NCBI GenBank assembly: GCA_004431415.1 | Contig: QPMI01000099.1 | Location: forward strand, 1 to 64,000 | Length of the DNA stretch: 64,000 nt | Direction of reading: 5' to 3' | DNA from: Cyanophora paradoxa CCMP329 | Lineage: Eukaryota; Plantae; Glaucophyta | Shown: positions 23,842-36,609 of the stretch, piece by piece | Layout: each line of letters begins with the position of its first letter | How positions within the stretch are numbered: position 1 is the stretch's first letter | Notes under the pieces: model-generated | Told to the model about the DNA's origin: nothing | The model's input: the letters and a program-made list of their open reading frames with translations, nothing else | Databases searched by the model: none | Program-made: the position numbers and the translations under genes

Positions 23842-24704
23842 CGCGGGTCGCCGAGTCGGACCAGCACGATCGAAGCCGTGCAGCTGCAGCGGGTCCCGAG
23901 GTTTGCGTGCCTCGGAGGGGCTTGCCCGCCCGCTCAGCCGATCGACGCCGCCCTTACCGACGTACCCCTATTGCGGGAGCTCAATTCCTCAATTTCCGGA
24001 TCCGCCGCCGGGCCGCTCAGTGCGGCGGCCGCCCGCGTGCGGCCGACCTGGTCCGCCCACTGGCCCGGCGGCACCCAGTTGCGGCTACTAGGCTAGCACT
24101 CTCTAGATCTGAGGTTAGGACTCCTCAGGGCCTCTTTCGATCGGCCCTCTACAAGAACTAGTACTCCTATCGTGATCATGATCATAAGATTCATAAATAA
24201 CTCTTTGACATCGACGTCTAGATCTGGCGCGCCCGCCCGGGAGAGGCCTCGAGCTCGGCCGCGGGCGAGCTCTCGCTCTCGAGGCCCGTCCCATGCAGGG
24301 ACCGAATTCTCAACGAGCGAAACCGTGATTTTAATATGTATGATATGACCATGAAGCCTGAGTGTACACTAAGAAGACGCCGGCAAGAAATACGAACGCG
24401 CCGCTGTACCCTAAAATAACACCGACAAGCTAAGCTGCAAGCAAGCCCGGGGGCGGCGCCCAGGAAAAGCGGGCGACGCCCTAAGACGCGGCTGGAGCAA
24501 TAAGAAACACTACGAAGAAAGGAAACTCGAAATGCATGGCAAGATATACGTATACAGGCGCCCGCCCGGGGTCGGGACGCAGGAGAAAGCCCGGCTCTCT
24601 ATCTGACTCCGCCGGGGCGGGCCTCTACGGGGCGAGGCAGCCGAGGAAGCCGAAGCACCCGAGGAGGCCGCCGCCCAGGCCGCCCAGGCCGCTCAGGTGA
24701 GGGC

Positions 24705-26372
24705 TCAGATGGTGAGGGAGTCGTCGAGGCGGGCGAGGCCGAGGGCGCGGTTCGCGGCGTCGAGGGGGGCCCCGGCCGCCACCCCAAAATCCACCCCCCC
24801 GCCCCCCGCCGAGCACCTGCGGGGGGGGCGCAGGCGAGTCAGACGGGTCAGATGAGTCGCGCCCGGAACAGCGTGATGCTATGATCTCGGCTTGTTGGAT
24901 CTCTTCTACGCCTTCGAAGCGAATCAAAGGCCGCGCACCACGCGTCAGCCAAAGCGGCGTCGAAGGCGGCGGCGGGCGGCGGGGGCGCCTTGCCCCCCGC
25001 GGCGCCCTTGCCCCCCGCGCCCTCCTCGTCGCGGGCGAGGGGCGCGGGGACGAAGAGGGAGCGGTCCGAGTGGCCGTGCTCCGAGGGCGAGAGGCCCCGC
25101 AGGCCCCGCATGCACAGCACCTGCGGGGGGCGAGGCGGGCGGTCAGATCCAGAGAGGAGGCTAGAGCTGGAGGGGAGGGGAGGGGGAGGGGCGGGGGAGA
25201 GGCCGGGCCAGAGCTAGCACCCCGAGGCCTAGACTAGGGCGCGGGATGGAGAGCAGTCAGAGAGGCGGGGAGGAAAAGGCAGGCGGCGCCGTCATGGGCA
25301 CTAGAGCCCGGGCCCGAGCTAGATGAGAGGAGGCGAGGAGGCCGGGCGCTCAAGGCTCGGCGAAACGCGAAGGCTCGACTACCAGGGTACTTGTTAGCCC
25401 CTTCTCAGCTCGCTTCGTTCGCACCTGTGACACGTTCGGCCGCCGCTTCGGCTCCGGCTCCAGGCACGCCCGCACGACTGCGCAGGGGGGTACGTGAGCT
25501 CGGGGGGGGGGGTACCGGGGGGAAGGAGGCAGGGGTACGCACTCGCGCGGGCGTCCGGGCTGACGCCCTGCGGCCAGGCGCCGACGTCGCCCTTGGACAG
25601 CCGAACCTGCGGGGCGCGTCGGGGGGACGAGGGTTACACGGTGGCGGGTGGGGCGGGGGGGGGGGGGGGGTACGGCCGCACGAGGTTCAGGGTACCGTCC
25701 GCGTCGATGAACGGGTGCCTCCCCGTGAGGAGCCTGCGGGGGTACGGCGCGGTGGTCGGGACGGGAGGGGGCGGAGGGCGGGCGGGGCGGGGGTTACGCC
25801 GCTGCGCACATGTACAGGATGAGCCCGCAGGCCCAGACGTCGGCCCCGGGGCCGTATGCGTGCCCGATCATCAGCTCGGGCGAGAAGAACGCCGGCTGGT
25901 CGGGTACGTGAATAGAGGATCGGGGGGTACGGGAGGGGAAGGGGAGGGGGTTACCGCGATGGAGGATCCGGCGCCTGTGCAGGTGCTCCACGGACACGCA
26001 GATCTGGGAAGGCGGGGGTATCGGAAAGGGGGAGCGCGGGGGGTAGAGTGACGTGTGTGTGTGTGGGGGGGGGGGGACCTGGCTCATGTACCCCAGGGCC
26101 GTCGCCTCGGGTACGGGCCCCTTGTCAACCAGCGACTGCAGGTCCCCCCCGCTGCACCGGGTAGTCAGGGGAAGGGGGGGAGGAAGCCCGAAGGGGGTAC
26201 GCGCCTGCAGAGCTCCATGAGAATCGAGTACGTGCTCCCGTTCCGCTCCACTGCGGCGAAAGGCGGTCGGGAGCCGTTCCTTCGAGACGAGGGGGGTACG
26301 CGAGCGAGCAGGGGGGTACCGTGGTAGACGCCGCCGACGCCCTTGTGGCTGACGCTGCCCAGGATCGCGCAT
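24705..26372 (-). pseudogene. Truncated NEK-like kinase pseudogene, copy 1
   Basis: Homologous to the kinase exons at 36610-38382. It lacks the Gly-loop and ALK exons, and the whole DLKPAN...DFG...CGT exon is deleted: the HR exon (phase 1) is followed directly by the PAFFSPE exon (phase 0). Confidence 0.85.
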
Positions 26373-26935
26373 CTGCCCAGCCCGGCGATCAGAACAGAAC
26401 AGATCAAAGACGCCGGCGAGCGGGACGCCGGGCGGGAGCTCGAGGCTGTGGGCTCTAAGCTGTCAGCGGTTAGAAGCTGCAAGCTCTGCGAGCAGTCAGA
26501 ACAGAATAAGCCGAGGAGCCAACGGGCAGGCTTATGTTCAAGAGTCTCCAAGCTCCGGTCGACTGGCTGACGCAACGAGCCAGCTTGGCCAAGGCCGACG
26601 AGCAAGGCCGAGATCACGATTAGCGCCAACACCCACCACGGCCGCCGCTCAACCGCTGCAATCGCCCGCGACCGCAATGGCACGACCGCGGCCTGCAGCG
26701 CAGGCGCGCCAGCTGCGCCGCTCATCGAGCGGGGCGGAGGACTGCAGTAGCGGACGGAGAACTGCAGTATGCGCGCGCGAACTGCCATTTCCAGCCAGCA
26801 TTTGCGGCCTAGAGGCGAGTGGCGATTTGACAGCGTACCCGGTGAGCGAAGCAGCCCTTCGCAGGGCAAGATTGCCAAGCGAACGTGCCGCGAGCGCCGC
26901 TGCCCGAGTCGAAGCTTCAGCGATTGCCCGCGTCG

Positions 26936-29900
26936 ATGGCAGCCGCTTCAGCACCCTGTGCCCGAGCCTTCGCGGACCACGAGAGCGTTCTTTTGAGGAC
27001 CGACGCCGGCCGCGGAGCAGAGGCGCTCCAAAAAAGCCTGTACGATTCGCAAAATGCTCTCGTGTTCGTCAAGGCCGCCCCCGCTTCCCCCAGCGCATCT
27101 ATTGATCACGATCAATTTAATACGATCCGCACGCGCGCTCCGCAGGACGAAACGATCGTCATCTGCGGCGGAGAGGACTGCTTCCTTTACGTTTACGAAA
27201 GGCAAACCCGCCACGGCGCCAACGTGTACGACCTGCTGTGGAGGGACGAGTACCACGCCAAGGAAGACGCGGACAACTCAGATACGCGACTTTTCGGCTC
27301 CAGCCTCTACTGTGCTGCGATGACCAGGGTCCGTTGAGCGAACGCTGACACGAGACGGCCGACGCTGACACGCGGCCACGCGTACGCGTACGGCTGCGCG
27401 CTGTGCACGCAGGACACAATGCGCCGCCACAAGATGCAGAACGGCCAGGCTGGCTTTCTTGTCGTCACAGGGGGCGGCGATGCGATGGTCGCCATCTGGC
27501 TCGTCGTGCCGGGCCGGACAGAAGGCGTGCGGCTTCAGACATACTGCCACGGCAAGTCCGTGCACGGCGTCGACATCACCCTTGTGAGCGTCTTAATGGA
27601 AGCTTTTTCCACCTTTCGCTCATGCCGCGCCCAGGACGGACGGACGATCGCTTCGGGCAGCGATGACGGGACGATCCGCATCTACCTCCTTGGCCAGGAC
27701 AGGGAGTATCAGCCGCACATCTGCCTTGGCGAGCGTCCGCCGCAGCCTGACGTTCTCTGGAAGTCGGCTTCGACCGATATCGATAAATTCCCGTTCAAGC
27801 CTGGGCACAACATCGGGTCCGTCAAGGCAACCGCGCTGTCTTCGGTGCGCATTCGAGATCGAGTTTTGCATTGCCAGTGCTAGCTATAGTGCACGTGGCC
27901 GCGACGCCGCGACAAATCTCAGCTTACATACGCCGTCTGCAGCGCGGCTCGGTTCTGGTGTCTTCCCACTACTCGGAGAGCAAGCCGGGGAGCTTCACCT
28001 TCACGAGCTGCGTGCGCCTCTGGCGTCTACATCAGGGCAGCGCGTTCAAGATCTGTGAGATCTCCGACCGAGACCCACTTCAAACAAGTGGGGACCCCTA
28101 CAATTGGGGCGACGTCCTCCCTGTCGCGATAGCAGAGGTGCCCATTTGCTCTTAACAATATCTAATTATCCTCGTATCCTCTTAATCTATCGATGCAGTT
28201 GGGGGGGGAGCCCCAATACTTCGCGTTCGGCGACTCCAGCGGAGTCGTTCGCATCTACCGCATTCCGAATGTTCAGCTCGTCGGTCCCGTCCATTTGCAG
28301 CCAGTAGCGACGTATAATATTAATTGCAACGACGAAGTCCCAACGCATTCGACCCGCCACGACGTGCACAGCTCCACAAGCCCTTCCCCATCCACTCGCT
28401 CGCTTTCTTCAATGTGCGAGCGTGCTTTTCCGGGATATCGATATCGATCCGCTTATGTCGATCATGGCTTATTTTCCCACAGGGAAGTCTAGACTTCATG
28501 GCCGGCAGCGACGTAGCAACGTTGGAGGATTTGGACGAGAGCGGAATCGACGGGAAGAAAGGAAGACGTCGCTACGACGAGCAGCTCAACGTCGGTCTCA
28601 ACGGCTTCTTCGACGTCTGCAGCTTGCGGCTGCAGGGCGACGCACAACCCCAGCTGCGACGGGAGGCTCGGATTCTCTTCAAGTTCGCCAGTGGAGTCTA
28701 CTGCCTCGACCCCTCCTCCGTGCGGCCTTGTGCATCTCTGCTATCTATCTGCCTTGCTCTCTAAGCATCCTCCAGGACAACAGGAAGATCTTCGGGGGCT
28801 GCGAGGACTGCACCGTCCGCATCGTCTCCCCCAAATTAAAATCAGGGGTTCGTGTTCTTCTTCTGATTTTTTCACTGCATTTGTGATCACGAGTTTTCTG
28901 ATGCATATGGATTGGATCACAGAGCTCGAGCTCGTCTTCAAGCTCTCAGCCTCCTGTACCTCAGCAGAAGCACGATGGCGCCAAGCCTCAAGCTAGTCCA
29001 TCCTCCCAACGAGGCGGCCCGTCGGCGTCCCGGAAGCGGGCCGCCGCGGACGACGGCCTAAGCGATGAAGACCGCGAGGAGGAATCGGAGGAGCTTCGGA
29101 CCCAGCGCCGCCGGAAAGCGCCTGCAGCTGAACATGTGCCTCGGGGGCCGCGACAGCCTTCGGCCGCTGCCTCTCCTCCGGCGATTGCGCCCCCTCTGCC
29201 AGCTGCGGCGGGCCCCGCAGCAGCGGCCGAGCCAGTGGCGCCAGCGGAGGCCGCCGGTGCAGAATCGGCCATGGGCGACGGGCAGCTGCAGCAGGTGGCG
29301 GCCGCAGGCGAGGCAGCAGCGGACCCCGAGCCCACGGTGGATGGAGCCGTGCAAGCGCTGCAGCGCGCCTTGACGCACCAGCTCGAGCGGCGACTGCGCG
29401 AGGAGCAGCAGCGCCAGCTCGAGGAGCAGGAGCGGCGACTGCGCGAGCAGCACAAGCGCCAGCTCGAGGAGCAGCAACGGCGGCTGCGCGAGGAGCACGG
29501 GCGGGAGGCGGAGGCGGCACTCGCAGAGGCGGCTTCGGTGCAGGCTCGGCTCACGGCGGCCGAGGCGGCGGCGGAGGAGCGGGCGGCGGCGGCGGGGGCA
29601 GCCGAGGCGCGGGCCGCCCAGCTTCATACCGCCCTCGACGAGGTGCATCCCCGGACCCGTCGCTTCTTTCCGCACCCGTTTTGAGCCTCACCGTCTTTGC
29701 GACTGCAGGTGCGCCCGGAGGCTGCTCTGGTGGAGCCCCTGCGGGGGGGGCTCGAGGTGGCGGCGCTGCGGGCGCGGGTGGCGGAGCTGGAGGGGCGACT
29801 GGCGGGGAGCGTGCCAGTGGCGCCGGCGGACCTCGCGGGGCTCACAGTGGAGCAGCTTCTCGACGTGCAGCGGCGGCTCGCCCAGGGCTCGGCCGCCCTC

Positions 29901-30167
29901 TCGAGCGCCCTCAACGCTGCGCTGCAGCGGCGGGGGTCCGGCCACCTGGACACGCAGTGCATGAAATGCACGGAGCGCCCGCGGTCAGTCCTGCTGCAGC
30001 CCTGCCGCCACATCGTACTCTGCGAGGGCTGCTACGACGCGGTGCTCGCGGCGGCCCACCCCCAGCCGCAGCAGGCGGGCCCCTCCGAGCCGCGTCCCGC
30101 CCTTTGCCCCAAATGCCGCCTGCCTTTCGACGAGGGCGCCACCGTCCGCGGGGTGTTCCTCCCCTAG
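26936..30167 (+). CDS. WD40-repeat / coiled-coil / C-terminal RING-HC protein (putative E3 ligase), copy 1
   Basis: WD-type blades: IVICGGEDCFLYVY, LVVTGGGDAMVAIW, HGKSVHGVDITLDGRTIASGSDDGTIRIY, FAFGDSSGVVRIY, DNRKIFGGCEDCTVRI. A basic RKR...RRRK segment and an (LREEQQRQLEEQ)n coiled coil follow, then C..C..RPRSVLLQPCRH..LC..C...CP.CR. There is an apparent 1-bp frameshift at ~28340 relative to copy 2. Confidence 0.82.
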
Positions 30168-30655
30168 ACGTCGACAGTATATATAGCTAGCTATAGCTGC
30201 TTCACTCTAGGCTTGTGTACATGTAATTTTAATTTTGATTCATGTACCATGTTCGATTCATGATCATAAATCATCACCGGTACCTTAAGTGTACACTAAG
30301 ACGACGCCTACAAGAAATACGAACGCCGTGAGGCGCGCTGTAACCTGAAATAATACCAACCGTTGAACAAGCAGATAAGCAGGGGGCGGCGCCCAGGAAA
30401 AGCGGGAGACGCCCTAAGATGCGGCCGAAACAACGAGAAGCACTACGGAAAGGAAACACGAAATGTATACGGGTCTTTGAGGTACAATCGCAAACTAAAG
30501 ATATACAGGCGCCCGCCCGGGGTCGGGACGCGCTAGAGGGGGCCCGGCCCTCTCTCACACTCAAGAAGCGGGCCTCTACGGGGCGAGGCACCCGAGGAAG
30601 CCGAAGCACCCGAGGAGGCCGCCGCCCAGGCCGCCCAGGCCGCTCAGGTGAGGGC

Positions 30656-32321
30656 TCAGATGGTGAGGGAGTCGTCGAGGCGGGCGAGGCCGAGGGCGCG
30701 GTTCGCGGCGTCGAGGGGGGCCCCGGCCGCCACCCCAAAATCCACCCCCCCGCCCCCCGCCGAGCACCTGCGGGGGGGGCGCAGGCGAGTCAGACGGGTC
30801 AGATGAGTCGCGCCCGGAACAGCGTGATGCTATGATCTCGGCTTGTTGGATCTCTTCTACGCCTTCGAAGCGAATCAAAGGCCGCGCACCACGCGTCAGC
30901 CAAAGCGGCGTCGAAGGCGGCGGCGGGCGGCGGGGGCGCCTTGCCCCCCGCGGCGCCCTTGCCCCCCGCGCCCTCCTCGTCGCGGGCGAGGGGCGCGGGG
31001 ACGAAGAGGGAGCGGTCCGAGTGGCCGTGCTCCGAGGGCGAGAGGCCCCGCAGGCCCCGCATGCACAGCACCTGCGGGGGGCGAGGCGGGCGGTCAGATC
31101 CAGAGAGGAGGCTAGAGCTGGAGGGGAGGGGAGGGGGAGGGGCGGGGGAGAGGCCGGGCCAGAGCTAGCACCCCGAGGCCTAGACTAGGGCGCGGGATGG
31201 AGAGCAGTCAGAGAGGCGGGGAGGAAAAGGCAGGCGGCGCCGTCATGGGCACTAGAGCCCGGGCCCGAGCTAGATGAGAGGAGGCGAGGAGGCCGGGCGC
31301 TCAAGGCTCGGCGAAACGCGAAGGCTCGACTACCAGGGTACTTGTTAGCCCCTTCTCAGCTCGCTTCGTTCGCACCTGTGACACGTTCGGCCGCCGCTTC
31401 GGCTCCGGCTCCAGGCACGCCCGCACGACTGCGCAGGGGGGTACGTGAGCTCGGGGGGGGGGGTACCGGGGGGAAGGAGGCAGGGGTACGCACTCGCGCG
31501 GGCGTCCGGGCTGACGCCCTGCGGCCAGGCGCCGACGTCGCCCTTGGACAGCCGAACCTGCGGGGCGCGTCGGGGGACGAGGGTTACACGGTGGCGGGTG
31601 GGGCGGGGGGGGGGGGGGGGTACGGCCGCACGAGGTTCAGGGTACCGTCCGCGTCGATGAACGGGTGCCTCCCCGTGAGGAGCCTGCGGGGGTACGGCGC
31701 GGTGGTCGGGACGGGGGGGGGCGGAGGGCGGGCGGGGCGGGGGTTACGCCGCTGCGCACATGTACAGGATGAGCCCGCAGGCCCAGACGTCGGCCCCGGG
31801 GCCGTATGCGTGCCCGATCATCAGCTCGGGCGAGAAGAACGCCGGCTGGTCGGGTACGTGAATAGAGGATCGGGGGGTACGGGAGGGGAAGGGGAGGGGG
31901 TTACCGCGATGGAGGATCCGGCGCCTGTGCAGGTGCTCCACGGACACGCAGATCTGGGAAGGCGGGGGTATCGGAAAGGGGGAGCGCGGGGGGTAGAGTG
32001 ACGTGTGTGTGTGGGGGGGGGGGGGGACCTGGCTCATGTACCCCAGGGCCGTCGCCTCGGGTACGGGCCCCTTGTCAACCAGCGACTGCAGGTCCCCCCC
32101 GCTGCACCGGGTAGTCAGGGGAAGGGGGGGAGGAAGCCCGAAGGGGGTACGCGCCTGCAGAGCTCCATGAGAATCGAGTACGTGCTCCCGTTCCGCTCCA
32201 CTGCGGCGAAAGGCGGTCGGGAGCCGTTCCTTCGAGACGAGGGGGTACGCGAGCGAGCAGGGGGGTACCGTGGTAGACGCCGCCGACGCCCTTGTGGCTG
32301 ACGCTGCCCAGGATCGCGCAT
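30656..32321 (-). pseudogene. Truncated NEK-like kinase pseudogene, copy 2
   Basis: Same structure as copy 1, including loss of the catalytic exon. Confidence 0.85.
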
Positions 32322-32884
32322 CTGCCCAGCCCGGCGATCAGAACAGAACAGATCAAAGACGCCGGCGAGCGGGACGCCGGGCGGGAGCTCGAGGCTGTGG
32401 GCTCTAAGCTGTCAGCGGTTAGAAGCTGCAAGCTCTGCGAGCAGTCAGAACAGAATAAGCCGAGGAGCCAACGGGCAGGCTTATGTTCAAGAGTCTCCAA
32501 GCTCCGGTCGACTGGCTGACGCAACGAGCCAGCTTGGCCAAGGCCGACGAGCAAGGCCGAGATCACGATTAGCGCCAACACCCACCACGGCCGCCGCTCA
32601 ACCGCTGCAATCGCCCGCGACCGCAATGGCACGACCGCGGCCTGCAGCGCAGGCGCGCCAGCTGCGCCGCTCATCGAGCGGGGCGGAGGACTGCAGTAGC
32701 GGACGGAGAACTGCAGTATGCGCGCGCGAACTGCCATTTCCAGCCAGCATTTGCGGCCTAGAGGCGAGTGGCGATTTGACAGCGTACCCGGTGAGCGAAG
32801 CAGCCCTTCGCAGGGCAAGATTGCCAAGCGAACGTGCCGCGAGCGCCGCTGCCCGAGTCGAAGCTTCAGCGATTGCCCGCGTCG

Positions 32885-35800
32885 ATGGCAGCCGCTTCAG
32901 CACCCTGTGCCCGAGCCTTCGCGGACCACGAGAGCGTTCTTTTGAGGACCGACGCCGGCCGCGGGAGCAGAGGCGCTCCAAAAAAGCCTGTACGATTCGC
33001 AAAATGCTCTCGTGTTCGTCAAGGCCGCCCCCCGCTTCCCCCAGCGCATCTATTGATCACGATCAATTTAATACGATCCGCACGCGCGCTCCGCAGGACG
33101 AAACGATCGTCATCTGCGGCGGAGAGGACTGCTTCCTTTACGTTTACGAAAGGCAAACCCGCCACGGCGCCAACGTGTACGACCTGCTGTGGAGGGACGA
33201 GTACCACGCCAAGGAAGACGCGGACAACTCAGATACGCGACTTTTCGGCTCCAGCCTCTACTGTGCTGCGATGACCAGGGTCCGTTGAGCGAACGCTGAC
33301 ACGAGACGGCCGACGCTGACACGCGGCCACGCGTACGCGTACGGCTGCGCGCTGTGCACGCAGGACACAATGCGCCGCCACAAGATGCAGAACGGCCAGG
33401 CTGGCTTTCTTGTCGTCACAGGGGGCGGCGATGCGATGGTCGCCATCTGGCTCGTCGTGCCGGGCCGGACAGAAGGCGTGCGGCTTCAGACATACTGCCA
33501 CGGCAAGTCCGTGCACGGCGTCGACATCACCCTTGTGAGCGTCTTAATGGAAGCTTTTTCCACCTTTCGCTCATGCCGCGCCCAGGACGGACGGACGATC
33601 GCTTCGGGCAGCGATGACGGGACGATCCGCATCTACCTCCTTGGCCAGGACAGGGAGTATCAGCCGCACATCTGCCTTGGCGAGCGTCCGCCGCAGCCTG
33701 ACGTTCTCTGGAAGTCGGCTTCGACCGATATCGATAAATTCCCGTTCAAGCCTGGGCACAACATCGGGTCCGTCAAGGCAACCGCGCTGTCTTCGGTGCG
33801 CATTCGAGATCGAGTTTTGCATTGCCAGTGCTAGCTATAGTGCACGTGGCCGCGACGCCGCGACAAATCTCAGCTTACATACGCCGTCTGCAGCGCGGCT
33901 CGGTTCTGGTGTCTTCCCACTACTCGGAGAGCAAGCCGGGGAGCTTCACCTTCACGAGCTGCGTGCGCCTCTGGCGTCTACATCAGGGCAGCGCGTTCAA
34001 GATCTGTGAGATCTCCGACCGAGACCCACTTCAAACAAGTGGGGACCCCTACAATTGGGGCGACGTCCTCCCTGTCGCGATAGCAGAGGTGCCCATTTGC
34101 TCTTAACAATATCTAATTATCCTCGTATCCTCTTAATCTATCGATGCAGTTGGGGGGGGAGCCCCAATACTTCGCGTTCGGCGACTCCAGCGGAGTCGTT
34201 CGCATCTACCGCATTCCGAATGTTCAGCTCGTCGGTCCCGTCCATTTGCAGCCAGTAGCGACGTATAATATTAATTGCAACGACGAAGTCCCCAACGCAT
34301 TCGACCCGCCACGACGTGCACAGCTCCACAAGCCCTTCCCCATCCACTCGCTCGCTTTCTTCAATGTGCGAGCGTGCTTTTCCGGGATATCGATATCGAT
34401 CCGCTTATGTCGATCATGGCTTATTTTCCCACAGGGAAGTCTAGACTTCATGGCCGGCAGCGACGTAGCAACGTTGGAGGATTTGGACGAGAGCGGAATC
34501 GACGGGAAGAAAGGAAGACGTCGCTACGACGAGCAGCTCAACGTCGGTCTCAACGGCTTCTTCGACGTCTGCAGCTTGCGGCTGCAGGGCGACGCACAAC
34601 CCCAGCTGCGACGGGAGGCTCGGATTCTCTTCAAGTTCGCCAGTGGAGTCTACTGCCTCGACCCCTCCTCCGTGCGGCCTTGTGCATCTCTGCTATCTAT
34701 CTGCCTTGCTCTCTAAGCATCCTCCAGGACAACAGGAAGATCTTCGGGGGCTGCGAGGACTGCACCGTCCGCATCGTCTCCCCAAATTAAAATCAGGGGT
34801 TCGTGTTCTTCTTCTGATTTTTTCACTGCATTTGTGATCACGAGTTTTCTGATGCATATGGATTGGATCACAGAGCTCGAGCTCGTCTTCAAGCTCTCAG
34901 CCTCCTGTACCTCAGCAGAAGCACGATGGCGCCAAGCCTCAAGCTAGTCCATCCTCCCAACGAGGCGGCCCGTCGGCGTCCCGGAAGCGGGCCGCCGCGG
35001 ACGACGGCCTAAGCGATGAAGACCGCGAGGAGGAATCGGAGGAGCTTCGGACCCAGCGCCGCCGGAAAGCGCCTGCAGCTGAACATGTGCCTCGGGGGCC
35101 GCGACAGCCTTCGGCCGCTGCCTCTCCTCCGGCGATTGCGCCCCCTCTGCCAGCTGCGGCGGGCCCCGCAGCAGCGGCCGAGCCAGTGGCGCCAGCGGAG
35201 GCCGCCGGTGCAGAATCGGCCATTGGCGACGGGCAGCTGCAGCAGGTGGCGGCCGCAGGCGAGGCAGCAGCGGACCCCGAGCCCACGGTGGATGGAGCCG
35301 TGCAAGCGCTGCAGCGCGCCTTGACGCACCAGCTCGAGCGGCGACTGCGCGAGGAGCAGCAGCGCCAGCTCGAGGAGCAGGAGCGGCGACTGCGCGAGCA
35401 GCACAAGCGCCAGCTCGAGGAGCAGCAACGGCGGCTGCGCGAGGAGCACGGGCGGGAGGCGGAGGCGGCACTCGCAGAGGCGGCTTCGGTGCAGGCTCGG
35501 CTCACGGCGGCCGAGGCGGCGGCGGAGGAGCGGGCGGCGGCGGCGGGGGCAGCCGAGGCGCGGGCCGCCCAGCTTCATACCGCCCTCGACGAGGTGCATC
35601 CCCGGACCCGTCGCTTCTTTCCGCACCCGTTTTGAGCCTCACCGTCTTTGCGACTGCAGGTGCGCCCGGAGGCTGCTCTGGTGGAGCCCCTGCGGGGGGG
35701 GCTCGAGGTGGCGGCGCTGCGGGCGCGGGTGGCGGAGCTGGAGGGGCGACTGGCGGGGAGCGTGCCAGTGGCGCCGGCGGACCTCGCGGGGCTCACAGTG

Positions 35801-36118
35801 GAGCAGCTTCTCGACGTGCAGCGGCGGCTCGCCCAGGGCTCGGCCGCCCTCTCGAGCGCCCTCAACGCTGCGCTGCAGCGGCGGGGGTCCGGCCACCTGG
35901 ACACGCAGTGCATGAAATGCACGGAGCGCCCGCGGTCAGTCCTGCTGCAGCCCTGCCGCCACATCGTACTCTGCGAGGGCTGCTACGACGCGGTGCTCGC
36001 GGCGGCCCACCCCCAGCCGCAGCAGGCGGGCCCCTCCGAGCCGCGTCCCGCCCTTTGCCCCAAATGCCGCCTGCCTTTCGACGAGGGCGCCACCGTCCGC
36101 GGGGTGTTCCTCCCCTAG
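32885..36118 (+). CDS. WD40-repeat / coiled-coil / C-terminal RING-HC protein, copy 2
   Basis: Duplicate of 26936-30167. It is intact at ~34290 where copy 1 is shifted, but has 1-bp homopolymer shifts at ~32963 and ~34783. Confidence 0.8.
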
Positions 36119-36609
36119 ACGTCGACAGTATATATAGCTAGCTATAGCTGCTTCACTCTAGGCTTGTGTACATGTAATTTTAATTTTGATTCATGTACCA
36201 TGTTCGATTCATGATCATAAATCATCACCGGTACCTTAAGTGTACACTAAGACGACGCCTACAAGAAATACGAACGCCGTGAGGCGCGCTGTAACCTGAA
36301 ATAATACCAACCGTTGAACAAGCAGATAAGCAGGGGGCGGCGCCCAGGAAAAGCGGGAGACGCCCTAAGATGCGGCCGAAACAACGAGAAGCACTACGGA
36401 AAGGAAACACGAAATGTATACGGGTCTTTGAGGTACAATCGCAAACTAAAGATATACAGGCGCCCGCCCGGGGTCGGGACGCGCTAGAGGGGGCCCGGCC
36501 CTCTCTCACACTCAAGAAGCGGGCCTCTACGGGGCGAGGCACCCGAGGAAGCCGAAGCACCCGAGGAGGCCGCCGCCCAGGCCGCTCAGGCCGCCGCTCA
36601 GGTGAGGGC

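Larger units (their letters stand above)
24641..36590 (+). repeat. Near-identical direct tandem segmental duplication, unit 5951 bp (~24641-30591 and ~30592-36542)
   Basis: ORF tracks repeat at an offset of 5949-5951. The differences I saw are mainly 1-bp homopolymer indels and rare substitutions (e.g. gccatgggc at ~29271 vs gccattggc at ~35222). Confidence 0.95.

Noticed and set aside
26165-26878. 237-aa minus-strand ORF with a hydrophobic stretch fused to kinase exon sequence
   Set aside because: It reads through the WD40-RING upstream region and introns, starts at a non-ATG codon and has no supporting motif.
28335-34790. Both WD40-RING copies as pseudogenes
   Set aside because: Each copy has different 1-bp homopolymer indels and the composite is intact, so sequencing error is more parsimonious.
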